A stretch of 64,000 bases of DNA from a virus, in the IMG/VR virus record IMGVR_UViG_3300032087_004567, one strand, 5' to 3'. Position 1 is the first letter of the stretch. Each line of letters starts with the position of its first letter. Below are positions 30,916 to 39,474 of this stretch, piece after piece. The notes beneath the pieces were generated by a model, which saw only the letters and a list, made by a program, of their open reading frames with translations, was not told where the DNA came from and did not search any database. The translations under genes were made by a program, and so were the position numbers.

Positions 30916-33027
30916 ATGGCAGCAAATAATCAAAACTTTAGAGTAAAGTATGGCTTAGATGTAACGGAAAATTTAAACGTTACAGGTGATCTTACCGTAA
31001 ACGGTGCAATTCAATTATCAAATTCAGTAACCATAGAAAATCTAACTGTTACTGGTAATGCAGAAATAACAGCTGCTCTTTCAACACAAAACACATCACT
31101 TGTATTTTCAGATGGATTAACATTATCTGATCCACCAGGTAGTAATGTATCAGTAACAGTAAATAGAGGTTCATCAGCTAATGTTGAACTATCTTGGAAT
31201 GAGGTAAATGATAGATGGGAATTTACAAATGATGGATCAAGTAGATATCCATTAAAAACATACGATGATAATTATTCTTTCACATTTGATAATTCAGTAA
31301 TAGATACTGATTCAGATCCAGGTGATAATACTATTATATTTAATAGTGCCAATAACGCGGCTGCAAATGTTATTGCAGTAGATAATAAAATAGTTGGTGG
31401 TGCAAATGTTGCAGCATTTCTTGCAACTTTAGATGATGGTAATTCAGATCCAGCAGGTACAATAGTTATTAAAGATATTGATGATACAACAAAAACACAA
31501 TCCTTTACCTATAGTACAGTTGTAGCCAATACAGGTTTTGTACAATTTACAGGAGTTAGTTGTATTGAAACAGCCAATGTTGCATATGCAAATGGTGACA
31601 CACTTGCATTGAACTTTATTCGATATGGTGATAAAGGTCAAAAAGGTGAAAAAGGACAAAAAGGTCAGAAAGGTGAACTAGGACAAAAAGGTGAACAAAT
31701 TAATAGTGCATCTTTTGATGACGGTACTAATACAACAACCTTTACAAACTCCGATGCAAGTACATTTAATATTGTTGGACTAAAAGGTCAAAAAGGTGAG
31801 AAGGGTCAAAAAGGACAAAAAGGAGAACTAGGTCAAAAAGGCGATAAAGGAGATACAGCATTAACCGGTAATACAGTTGTAACGGCTTTTGCAGAATCAA
31901 ATACATCTTTTGGTACACATAATGCTATAATGAACGGTAACTTTGAATATTGGCAAAGAGGAACTTCAATAGATAATGTTTTCTCTAATGATGATTTTGC
32001 AATCAATAGTGATACAGAATATGTCTGTGATAGATGGAAGTTAATTAGTGATGGTAATAACATAGTTGATTTAGGCCGTGAAACTACTAACACACCAACT
32101 TACACACATGGTAAAGAACAATATGCATTTAGATTTGATGTTGAAACCACAGGAAGTAAATTTGGAATAATACAATATATTGAAAGACAAAATTGTCAGG
32201 ATATTATTGAGGCAGGTGTTGCCACTTTATCTTTTAAAGCAAAAACATCTGATGCAACTACTATTGATAATGTTAAGGCAGCTATTATTTCATGGTATGG
32301 GGGTACTAATGGTTTATCTAATGATCCAATATCGGCATGGAATGCTGATGCTACTAACCCTACTCTTAATACTAATTTTAACTATGAAAATTCACCAGTA
32401 AATTTAAATATATCTGATTCTGAATTTACAGATGTAACCATTACAGCTAGTTTTGCCGATCCTAGTCCAAGTACTATTCAGAATCTAGCGGTTATGATTT
32501 GGTGTGATATTTCTGATGCAAATGTAGGTGACTTCCTATACATATCAAATGTACAGCTTGAAAAGGGAAGCGTTGCTACACCATTTGTTCGACCAGATCC
32601 TGCTTTAAAAGCAGTACAGATGCAAAGATATTATGCTAAAACAGATGCTGATATAGATATGCAACTTATTTGTGCTGCAGCAGCTGATTCAGTATTTGGA
32701 GGAGCAGTATTTACAAATGCTATAATGCCAAACGTTAGAGGAAGTACAGCAAGATGGATACGTAAAGGTTCTGGTACTGGTACTCGTAATACAACGTTTG
32801 TTTTAGATATAGTACCTGATAATAATAGTCACCTTGGACGTTCTGGTGGCTATACAGTAAACAGTTTTGCAGTCGGTCAAGCATCACCTGAAGGTATAAG
32901 TCGTTTAAGATATAATATGTCTTATGGGCATACTAAAACTGTAGTTTCAGGTGGTAATAGAGTAAATCAAGTATCAGATGGAGGAAGTCATCCATATGGT
33001 AAAATTGAATGGTTAGGAGAGTTATAA
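30916..33027 (+). CDS. Collagen-repeat tail fibre/adhesin with C-terminal putative carbohydrate-binding domain
   Basis: FRVKYGL N-terminus, V.RG....L.WNE..D.W, two Gly-X-Y blocks, NAIMNGNF.YWQRG...VQLEKG..AT.F...QRYY. Confidence 0.8.
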   Translation: MAANNQNFRVKYGLDVTENLNVTGDLTVNGAIQLSNSVTIENLTVTGNAEITAALSTQNTSLVFSDGLTLSDPPGSNVSVTVNRGSSANVELSWNEVNDRWEFTNDGSSRYPLKTYDDNYSFTFDNSVIDTDSDPGDNTIIFNSANNAAANVIAVDNKIVGGANVAAFLATLDDGNSDPAGTIVIKDIDDTTKTQSFTYSTVVANTGFVQFTGVSCIETANVAYANGDTLALNFIRYGDKGQKGEKGQKGQKGELGQKGEQINSASFDDGTNTTTFTNSDASTFNIVGLKGQKGEKGQKGQKGELGQKGDKGDTALTGNTVVTAFAESNTSFGTHNAIMNGNFEYWQRGTSIDNVFSNDDFAINSDTEYVCDRWKLISDGNNIVDLGRETTNTPTYTHGKEQYAFRFDVETTGSKFGIIQYIERQNCQDIIEAGVATLSFKAKTSDATTIDNVKAAIISWYGGTNGLSNDPISAWNADATNPTLNTNFNYENSPVNLNISDSEFTDVTITASFADPSPSTIQNLAVMIWCDISDANVGDFLYISNVQLEKGSVATPFVRPDPALKAVQMQRYYAKTDADIDMQLICAAAADSVFGGAVFTNAIMPNVRGSTARWIRKGSGTGTRNTTFVLDIVPDNNSHLGRSGGYTVNSFAVGQASPEGISRLRYNMSYGHTKTVVSGGNRVNQVSDGGSHPYGKIEWLGEL
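31627..31698 (+). repeat. Collagen-like block 1, (Gly-X-Y)8
   Basis: GDK GQK GEK GQK GQK GEL GQK GEQ. Confidence 0.95.
31777..31857 (+). repeat. Collagen-like block 2, (Gly-X-Y)9
   Basis: GLK GQK GEK GQK GQK GEL GQK GDK GDT. Confidence 0.95.
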
Positions 33028-33386
33028 TGTCATATCAGATAGTTAATGAAGAAGGTAATGAAATTATGCATCTAGAAGAAAAATATACTATCTTTACAGA
33101 TGGTCCTCCTAGTCAGCAATTAAGCATCTATAAAGAATGGTTAGCTGAAGGTAACGTACCCTTACCTAGAGCACCTATGTCTAATGATGATATATTACAA
33201 GGTATCAGAGATGATAGAAATCTAAAATTAGCTGAATCTGATTGGACACAATCTGGAGATGTTCTTACTTCTAGTAAAAGAGCAGAATGGGCAACATACA
33301 GACAGCAATTAAGAGATTTACCTGAAAGTATTACTAATCCACTAGAATGGAGAGAGGCAGACAACTGGCCATCAAAACCTGATTAA
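33027..33386 (+). CDS. Tail fibre assembly chaperone (start probably ATG 33027)
   Basis: Y.EWLAEGN.P plus R..RN.KL..SDWTQ..D...W.TYRQ.LRDLP...WP.KP; AGGAG RBS. Confidence 0.75.
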   Translation: MSYQIVNEEGNEIMHLEEKYTIFTDGPPSQQLSIYKEWLAEGNVPLPRAPMSNDDILQGIRDDRNLKLAESDWTQSGDVLTSSKRAEWATYRQQLRDLPESITNPLEWREADNWPSKPD

Positions 33387-33400
33387 ACTATAATTATATT

Positions 33401-35371
33401 ATGAATATTTTTGTTATTAATTTAAAGCATAGAGTTGATCGTCTTCAATATATTAAAAATCAACTAAAGGATTATCAATATACTATTATTGATGCAGTTG
33501 ATGGATACCACCTTGAAGATCAAGAATATAATATTTTTAAAAACTGGATAGACCCAACAACAGGTAGATTTGGTTTAACAAATGGTGAGATAGGATGTGC
33601 TCTATCACATATAAAAGCATGGAAAGAAGTTGTAAAATTAAATAAGCCTAGCATTATATTAGAAGATGACACGCTTTTAAGACAAAAGATAGATTTTAAT
33701 CTAATAAACGAACACATAAATGAATCAGGATTTCTTTATCTTTATCATAGAGAGATGCAACCTGAAAAAAGTAAATCAGTAGATTACTTTAAAAATATTC
33801 CTGCATATCCATATATGGCTAATGCATATATTTTAACCCCTATTTTTGCTAAAAAACTATTAGACTACAACTTACAAAATAATTTAATACCTGTTGATGA
33901 ATTTTTTCCTTTATTAAATGGTATGAATTATGAAACAGATTATATACATGATGCTGAAGCATGTTATAGTAAGCAGGTATTCTGTAATTTTAAAAAACTT
34001 AATAAACTATTTAATAAAGATTTAAAAGAAAAATTTTATGCTTTAAGATTAAAGGAAAATTTTAGACCTGCACGTAATACGTTTTCTTCTGATATAGAGT
34101 GTAGTTATAGTAATGAAAATCTTTTATCTGTTGTTACAGCATATGATGATGAATCTAAAGCTTCCATGCTTATTAAATCATGTAATGTAAATAAAATAAA
34201 AATAAAAAATTTATGTGAGGGTATACCATGGAATGGTGGTAGTATGAAATCTACCGGTGGGGGTCAAAAAGTAAATTTACTTTACGATCATTTATTAGAA
34301 CTTAAAAAACAAGATAAAGGTAACTTTATCGTATTATTTGTCGATGGTTTTGATGTTATAATAAATGATACTGAAAAAGAATTGTTGCAAAAATTTAATG
34401 ATATGAAAGTAAATATTGTTTTTGCAGCGGAGAAGAATTGTTGGCCTGATCAATCCTTAGCAAAATATTTTGAGTCATATGGAAACGATAACCGCTTTTT
34501 AAATAGTGGTTGTATAATAGGTTATGTTGATTCTTTATTAGAGTTAATTGAAAATAAAATAAAAGATACTGATGATGATCAATTATTCTATCAAAAGAAA
34601 TATCTTGATAAAAAGAAAGAACTAAATGCTGTTTTAGATTATGAATGTTACATCTTTACATGTCTTGCTGGTGCAGAACGAGAAATAGGATATTTAAGTA
34701 ATAGACAATTTGTAAATGGTTATACTAATTCTTGTCCATCTATCTTACATGGAAATGGTGGAGATAAATCAAAACAGAAGTATAAACAAATATGTGATGA
34801 ATATTTAAGCTTCAATCAAATACTACCTTCTACAACTAGTATAAGTGTTGTTGCACCTGAAATACTACAATGTAATTTTTTAAGTAAAGATGATTGTAAT
34901 CAAATAATTAGACAAGCAAACTATTTTGATAATTGGAAATCAATGCCAGGTGATAAGTTTCCAGGACAGGAAGTACGAATAAGAGACTTTAGTCATGTTA
35001 TTTTTAATATTATAAAAGATTATTTAAAGAGTAGAATTTATTCGGCAATAGAAGAATACTGGAAACCTTTATTAATGTACGGTATAAGAGATATGTTTGT
35101 AATTAAATATAGTGAAGGTGAACAAACTAGCCTACCCTTACATCATGATGCATCTCTTGTAAGTTTTAGTATTAAATTAAATGAGGATTATGAGGGGGGA
35201 GAACTTATATTTCCTAGACAGAATTTTTCTAATATAAACGTAAATGTAGGTGATGCTATTATATGGCCAGGTCAAGTAACACATGGTCATAGATGTAATA
35301 CTCTTACAAAAGGTACTAAATATAGCCTAACAATTTGGACATCAAGATACCCTAAAGATAAAAATTATTAA
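33401..35371 (+). CDS. Putative trifunctional collagen-modifying enzyme: COLGALT-like GT25 + PLOD-type glycosyltransferase + 2OG-Fe(II) lysyl hydroxylase
   Basis: GT25: INL..R.DR, AVDG, GEIGC.LSH, EDD, PVDEF.P. PLOD GT: GGGQKV, FVDGFDV, AE..CWP, RFLNSG, DDDQLFY, HGNG. Hydroxylase: Q.SL..HHDAS, DYEGG, PG..TH.H, GTKY. Confidence 0.88.
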   Translation: MNIFVINLKHRVDRLQYIKNQLKDYQYTIIDAVDGYHLEDQEYNIFKNWIDPTTGRFGLTNGEIGCALSHIKAWKEVVKLNKPSIILEDDTLLRQKIDFNLINEHINESGFLYLYHREMQPEKSKSVDYFKNIPAYPYMANAYILTPIFAKKLLDYNLQNNLIPVDEFFPLLNGMNYETDYIHDAEACYSKQVFCNFKKLNKLFNKDLKEKFYALRLKENFRPARNTFSSDIECSYSNENLLSVVTAYDDESKASMLIKSCNVNKIKIKNLCEGIPWNGGSMKSTGGGQKVNLLYDHLLELKKQDKGNFIVLFVDGFDVIINDTEKELLQKFNDMKVNIVFAAEKNCWPDQSLAKYFESYGNDNRFLNSGCIIGYVDSLLELIENKIKDTDDDQLFYQKKYLDKKKELNAVLDYECYIFTCLAGAEREIGYLSNRQFVNGYTNSCPSILHGNGGDKSKQKYKQICDEYLSFNQILPSTTSISVVAPEILQCNFLSKDDCNQIIRQANYFDNWKSMPGDKFPGQEVRIRDFSHVIFNIIKDYLKSRIYSAIEEYWKPLLMYGIRDMFVIKYSEGEQTSLPLHHDASLVSFSIKLNEDYEGGELIFPRQNFSNINVNVGDAIIWPGQVTHGHRCNTLTKGTKYSLTIWTSRYPKDKNY

Positions 35372-35382
35372 GTTTCTTATCG

Positions 35383-35390
35383 TATAAATA
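35383..35390 (+). promoter_or_regulatory. T4 late promoter TATAAATA
   Basis: Exact consensus, intergenic. Confidence 0.8.
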
Positions 35391-35411
35391 AAAGTACGAT
35401 AAGGAAACTAT

Positions 35412-35741
35412 ATGGCAACTAAAGCAAATCTTGTTATTGATCAAGGCACTACATTTTCAACTACTGTTACTTTAACTGATGATAATGGTGATTTAGTTAA
35501 TTTAGTTGATTATACCGGTGCTGCACAAATAAGAAAACATTTTACTTCATCAACTGCAACAAGTTTTGATGTTACTTTAGGTGGTGCAAATGGAACGGTT
35601 ACAATTGCATTATCTGCTAATACTACATCTGGTCTTACAGCAGGTAGATATGTATATGATGTTGAATTAACTGATTCTGCATCTGCAGTATCAAGAGTAT
35701 TAGAAGGTATTGCAACAGTGACGCCTGAGGTAACTAAGTAA
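35412..35741 (+). CDS. Small Ig-like virion adaptor protein
   Basis: NL.IDQG.TF, L..YT..AQIRK, G.Y.YDVE, R.LEG...V.P.VT. Confidence 0.65.
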   Translation: MATKANLVIDQGTTFSTTVTLTDDNGDLVNLVDYTGAAQIRKHFTSSTATSFDVTLGGANGTVTIALSANTTSGLTAGRYVYDVELTDSASAVSRVLEGIATVTPEVTK

Positions 35742-36028
35742 TGCCTATTAATCAATCAGGATTAACAGTAACTGTAAGACAGAGTTCAGGTATATCTGCA
35801 CAATTAGGAAGCAGAACAAATATATCAAACACTGCACCAATAACCCTTAAGAGTCAATCAGTATCAGTAAGTCAATTAGCAAACTTACTAGATGTGGATG
35901 AAACCTTCGAAGCTAATGGAACTGTTCCTGATGGAAGTACATTAGTATATGATTTGGATACTGATAAATATATTGTAAAAAGAATAGAATCAGATGATAT
36001 TACGTCAGTAGACGGAGGAACATTTTAA
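35741..36028 (+). CDS. Small fibre linker protein ending in DGGTF
   Basis: L..L.DVD, DG..LVYD, terminal DGGTF. Confidence 0.55.
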   Translation: MPINQSGLTVTVRQSSGISAQLGSRTNISNTAPITLKSQSVSVSQLANLLDVDETFEANGTVPDGSTLVYDLDTDKYIVKRIESDDITSVDGGTF

Positions 36029-37767
36029 TGGCGAACACCACAATTCAAATTAAAAGGAGTACATCAAATGCTGCTCCCGTATTACAACCTGGAGAGTTAG
36101 CATATACCGCAAATGGTGAAATCCTTTTTATTGGTAGTGCAGTTGGGTCAGATACCTCCAATACTATTCCAATAGCTGGAAAAAGAACACCAGGTACGTT
36201 AACTGCAAATCAAGCAATTGTAGCTAATAATTCAAGTTGGGTAGATAATTTATACACAGCCAACCTTGCAATAGGTACTCCAGCATCAAATAAAAATATT
36301 ACATCTATTACCGATGATGGTAACCTGGCATCTGTATCAAATAATATGCTTGTTACATCATGGGCTATTAAAGACTATGTTGATAATAATTCAGCTGCAG
36401 AGTTAACTGGTTTAGATGATGTAGATACAACAGGTATTGCAAATAATTATTATCTAGTATATGATAATACAGCATCTAGATGGGAACCACATTTTATTCA
36501 AGGTACTGCAAATGAGGTAGATGTTGCATTTAGTAATAATGATTTAACTATTGGCCTACCAGCCGATGTTGATATTACTACATCTTTAGATGTTGGTGAT
36601 GTTGCAGTAAATACAACTACAGTTGATGTCGGTAATTCTACAGTAAATGCTTTAGCTAATTCTACAACAGTTTTAGTTAGCGATGCAACAAATGTATTAA
36701 CAGTAAATAGTTCTGCAATTGATCTTGCAGGCTCAGTTGATATAGGAAACTCAACAGTAAATGCATTAGCAAATTCTACAAGTTTAAATGTAAGTGATGC
36801 AACTAATGTACTAGCTGTTAATTCATCTTATATCGATTTAGGATCAGGTGGTACAGTTGAGGTAGGTAATTCAACAGTTAACGTTGCCGCCAATTCTACT
36901 ATAGTAAGAGTTATAGATGCATCATCTAATGTTACTATTAATAGTACAGCACTTGCAGTAGGTAATTTAGTTGCTGCAGAAGATAGAATAGATATAGGTA
37001 ATTCAACTGTTAATACAGTTATTACACAAAATACAATTATAACCGATGGTTACTTAGATGTTACAGGTAATGCAACATTTGCAAATGTTATTACAGTTAC
37101 TGGCAATGCATCATTTAGTAATCAAATTACCGTTACTGGCAATGTAACTGTTACTAATGTTGCAACATTCCAAAATAATGTATCAATTGCAGGTACATTA
37201 ACAGTAGAAGATTTAACTGTACAAGGAACGCTAACATCACTTGAGACTACTAATTTAGAGGTAGAAGATGCAGTAATTAGACTTGCAAAAGGACAAGCAA
37301 ATACAGGAACATTTACAGATGCAACTGATATTGGATTTTATGGTGAGTATGGTAATACATCTGCAGAGACTTATACTGGTTTAGTAAGAGATATAACATC
37401 AAATACTTATATTTTATTTGATAATTTAACTACGGATCCAAGTTCTGATGGTGTAGATTCTAGTACAGATCTGGCTACTTTAAAAACGTTATTTGCATCA
37501 CCTGGATTAGTTTCTAATACAACAAATATTTCTATAACAGCTAATTCATCTTTTACTGCAAATATTGTTGCTAATACATTAACCTTATCAACTGATTTAG
37601 AGGTTGCCGAAGGCGGTACTGGACAGTCTTCATTTACTAATAATGGTATTTTATTTGGTAATACTGCAGGTGCAATATCAGTTACAGCAGCAGGAACAAA
37701 CGGACAGGTATTACAAGTAACATCAAACGTGCCAACATTTGGAATGCTAGATGGAGGTACATTTTAA
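36028..37767 (+). CDS. Tail fibre shaft protein with Mtd-like N-terminal domain
   Basis: IQIKRS...P.L..GELA, GNSTVN repeats, V.G.L.V.G, D..I.L, GGTG, terminal DGGTF. Confidence 0.7.
   Translation: MANTTIQIKRSTSNAAPVLQPGELAYTANGEILFIGSAVGSDTSNTIPIAGKRTPGTLTANQAIVANNSSWVDNLYTANLAIGTPASNKNITSITDDGNLASVSNNMLVTSWAIKDYVDNNSAAELTGLDDVDTTGIANNYYLVYDNTASRWEPHFIQGTANEVDVAFSNNDLTIGLPADVDITTSLDVGDVAVNTTTVDVGNSTVNALANSTTVLVSDATNVLTVNSSAIDLAGSVDIGNSTVNALANSTSLNVSDATNVLAVNSSYIDLGSGGTVEVGNSTVNVAANSTIVRVIDASSNVTINSTALAVGNLVAAEDRIDIGNSTVNTVITQNTIITDGYLDVTGNATFANVITVTGNASFSNQITVTGNVTVTNVATFQNNVSIAGTLTVEDLTVQGTLTSLETTNLEVEDAVIRLAKGQANTGTFTDATDIGFYGEYGNTSAETYTGLVRDITSNTYILFDNLTTDPSSDGVDSSTDLATLKTLFASPGLVSNTTNISITANSSFTANIVANTLTLSTDLEVAEGGTGQSSFTNNGILFGNTAGAISVTAAGTNGQVLQVTSNVPTFGMLDGGTF
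36631..37014 (+). repeat. Four ~38-44-aa internal repeats anchored on GNSTVN
   Basis: GNSTVN encoded at 36631, 36745, 36865 and 36997. Confidence 0.85.
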
Positions 37768-37783
37768 TTATTGAAAGGATATT

Positions 37784-38260
37784 ATGGGTGGTGAAGATAC
37801 TGAATATATTAACATTTATATACAAAAACAACAAAAAGTAATAACCGATTTAACAAATAAAAATTTAATAAACGATACAAAGTTAGATCTAGTAACAAAA
37901 AAATATAATGATTTAAGTGGTGTATATGAAAATGAAAAGAAATCTCTTAGTGATAAAATTCAACAATTACAAGGTGAAGTTAATTCATTAGTTGAAAAAA
38001 ACAATAGAGATGTAAATAGTGCAAGACAAGAGTATATAGATAAGTACAAGGATTCTATTCATACTATACAAAATCTTGAAAAACGGATTAGAGAGCTAGA
38101 TAAAGGTATTAAAGATCAAGCAGGTATAATAGATGCATTAGAAAATAATTTAAAAAGTGAAAGAGAAAAAAATCATAATTTAGATGTTGAGAATAAAAGA
38201 CTAGTTGCAAAGGTAAATACTTTTAATACTAGAAAAAAAGTAACTGAAATGACTAAATAA
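37784..38260 (+). CDS. Coiled-coil hypothetical protein (possible fibre chaperone)
   Basis: Heptad-rich K/E/N/L composition; AAGGA RBS. Confidence 0.55.
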   Translation: MGGEDTEYINIYIQKQQKVITDLTNKNLINDTKLDLVTKKYNDLSGVYENEKKSLSDKIQQLQGEVNSLVEKNNRDVNSARQEYIDKYKDSIHTIQNLEKRIRELDKGIKDQAGIIDALENNLKSEREKNHNLDVENKRLVAKVNTFNTRKKVTEMTK

Positions 38261-38266
38261 CTACAG

Positions 38267-38274
38267 TATAAATA
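38267..38274 (+). promoter_or_regulatory. T4 late promoter TATAAATA
   Basis: Exact consensus, intergenic. Confidence 0.8.
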
Positions 38275-38277
38275 ATA

Positions 38278-38311
38278 TTGTCTTATATAAGACAAACTAA
38301 ACCTATATAGG
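38278..38311 (+). promoter_or_regulatory. Tandem palindromes in 5' UTR
   Basis: TTGTCTTATATAAGACAA (38278-38295) and CCTATATAGG (38302-38311); the second overlaps the AGGA RBS. Confidence 0.55.
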
Positions 38312-38320
38312 AATGTTTAC

Positions 38321-38605
38321 ATGGCAAGCAAATTTCAATTAAAGCGTACTACTGTATCTACGCGCACCCCAAACACTACTAATTCGGCTAATGGTGCCTT
38401 CATTGATGTGGGTGAATTAGCTATTAATGTTACTGATAGTAAGTTATTTTCCTCTAATGGAACAGTACAGTTTGAAGTAGGTGCAAATTTATCTAATATG
38501 CAAGTAACTGGAATTGCCACATTAAATAACATTTCTTTTTCTGATGGTTCAACACAAACTACCGCACCATTGGATCCAATAGTTTATGCAATAGCATTAG
38601 GATAA
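38321..38605 (+). CDS. Small Mtd-N-like fibre connector ending in AIALG
   Basis: FQLKRT...R.P...GELAIN..D.KLF, F.DGSTQTTA, IVYAIALG*. Confidence 0.6.
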   Translation: MASKFQLKRTTVSTRTPNTTNSANGAFIDVGELAINVTDSKLFSSNGTVQFEVGANLSNMQVTGIATLNNISFSDGSTQTTAPLDPIVYAIALG

Positions 38606-38608
38606 TAT

Positions 38609-38959
38609 ATGGCAAGCACATTTAAAAATTATATTAAACAGGCAGTAGGTACAGGTAATACAGTAGTTTACAATCCTACAGCTTCAGGTATACAATCAAC
38701 AATTATTGGCATGACAGTGTCAAATAGAATAGCTAATAATATTTCAATAAGCGTTACAGTGTCTAATGGTGCTAACTCTGCACAAGCAGGAGCTAATACA
38801 GTTTACATTGTAAAGGATGCTGTAGTACCTTCAGGTGCTTCAATAGTACCAGTAGGAGGAGATCAAAAAGTAGTATTAGAAGAAAATGACTTTTTAGAAG
38901 TATCAGCTAATGCTGCATCATCTGCTGATGCATTAATATCTGTATTGGAGATTACATAA
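38609..38959 (+). CDS. Small beta-sandwich virion adaptor
   Basis: MA.TFKN, IIG..V.N, IVKD..VP.G.S, QK.VLE..D, D...SVLEI. Confidence 0.6.
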   Translation: MASTFKNYIKQAVGTGNTVVYNPTASGIQSTIIGMTVSNRIANNISISVTVSNGANSAQAGANTVYIVKDAVVPSGASIVPVGGDQKVVLEENDFLEVSANAASSADALISVLEIT

Positions 38960-39471
38960 TGAGTTATCTTGGCAGATCAGGTGCTTTTGATACAAGACTA
39001 GAAGTAAGATCAGATGTATTTAGTGCTAATGGAACACAAACCGCCTTTGCATTAACTTATGCGGTTACCACTACAACTGATATTGAGGTATTAGTTAATA
39101 ACGTACAACAATCACCTTATGATGGAAGTTATTCTGTATCAGGATCAACATTAACATTTACAGGCGCACCGTCATCTGGTTCTAATAATGTTTATGTAAC
39201 ATATAGGGATTACTTTCAAGTAAATCCAAAAATAAATGATCAAGCAATTTTAACAGATAACTATGCTGCATTATCTGTCACTGAAGCAAAAATTGCAAAT
39301 TATGCAGTTACATCACAAAAGGTAGCAAACACAATTCAGTTTAACACAGTTACTTTGACCGGACCAAGTTCAGCGTCAAACACATTTTCAGTAAACACAA
39401 GAGCGCAATCTGCAAACCATGCAACACAAAAACAATACGTTGATGCGCTAACTATAGTATTTGGAGCGTAA
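38959..39471 (+). CDS. Fibre linker protein
   Basis: MSYLG, NG.QT.F.L, V.VNNV.Q.P, L.FT.AP, ATQKQYVD, terminal IVFGA. Confidence 0.6.
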   Translation: MSYLGRSGAFDTRLEVRSDVFSANGTQTAFALTYAVTTTTDIEVLVNNVQQSPYDGSYSVSGSTLTFTGAPSSGSNNVYVTYRDYFQVNPKINDQAILTDNYAALSVTEAKIANYAVTSQKVANTIQFNTVTLTGPSSASNTFSVNTRAQSANHATQKQYVDALTIVFGA

Positions 39472-39474
39472 TTA

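Noticed and set aside
31627-31857. Short nucleotide repeats resembling a CRISPR or VNTR array
   Set aside because: Fully explained by in-frame Gly-X-Lys coding with synonymous variation; no spacers or cas genes
36028-38605. Mtd-like N-termini suggesting a diversity-generating retroelement target
   Set aside because: No reverse transcriptase and no adenine-variant template/variable repeat pair noticed in the window; the similarity covers only the N-terminal assembly domain
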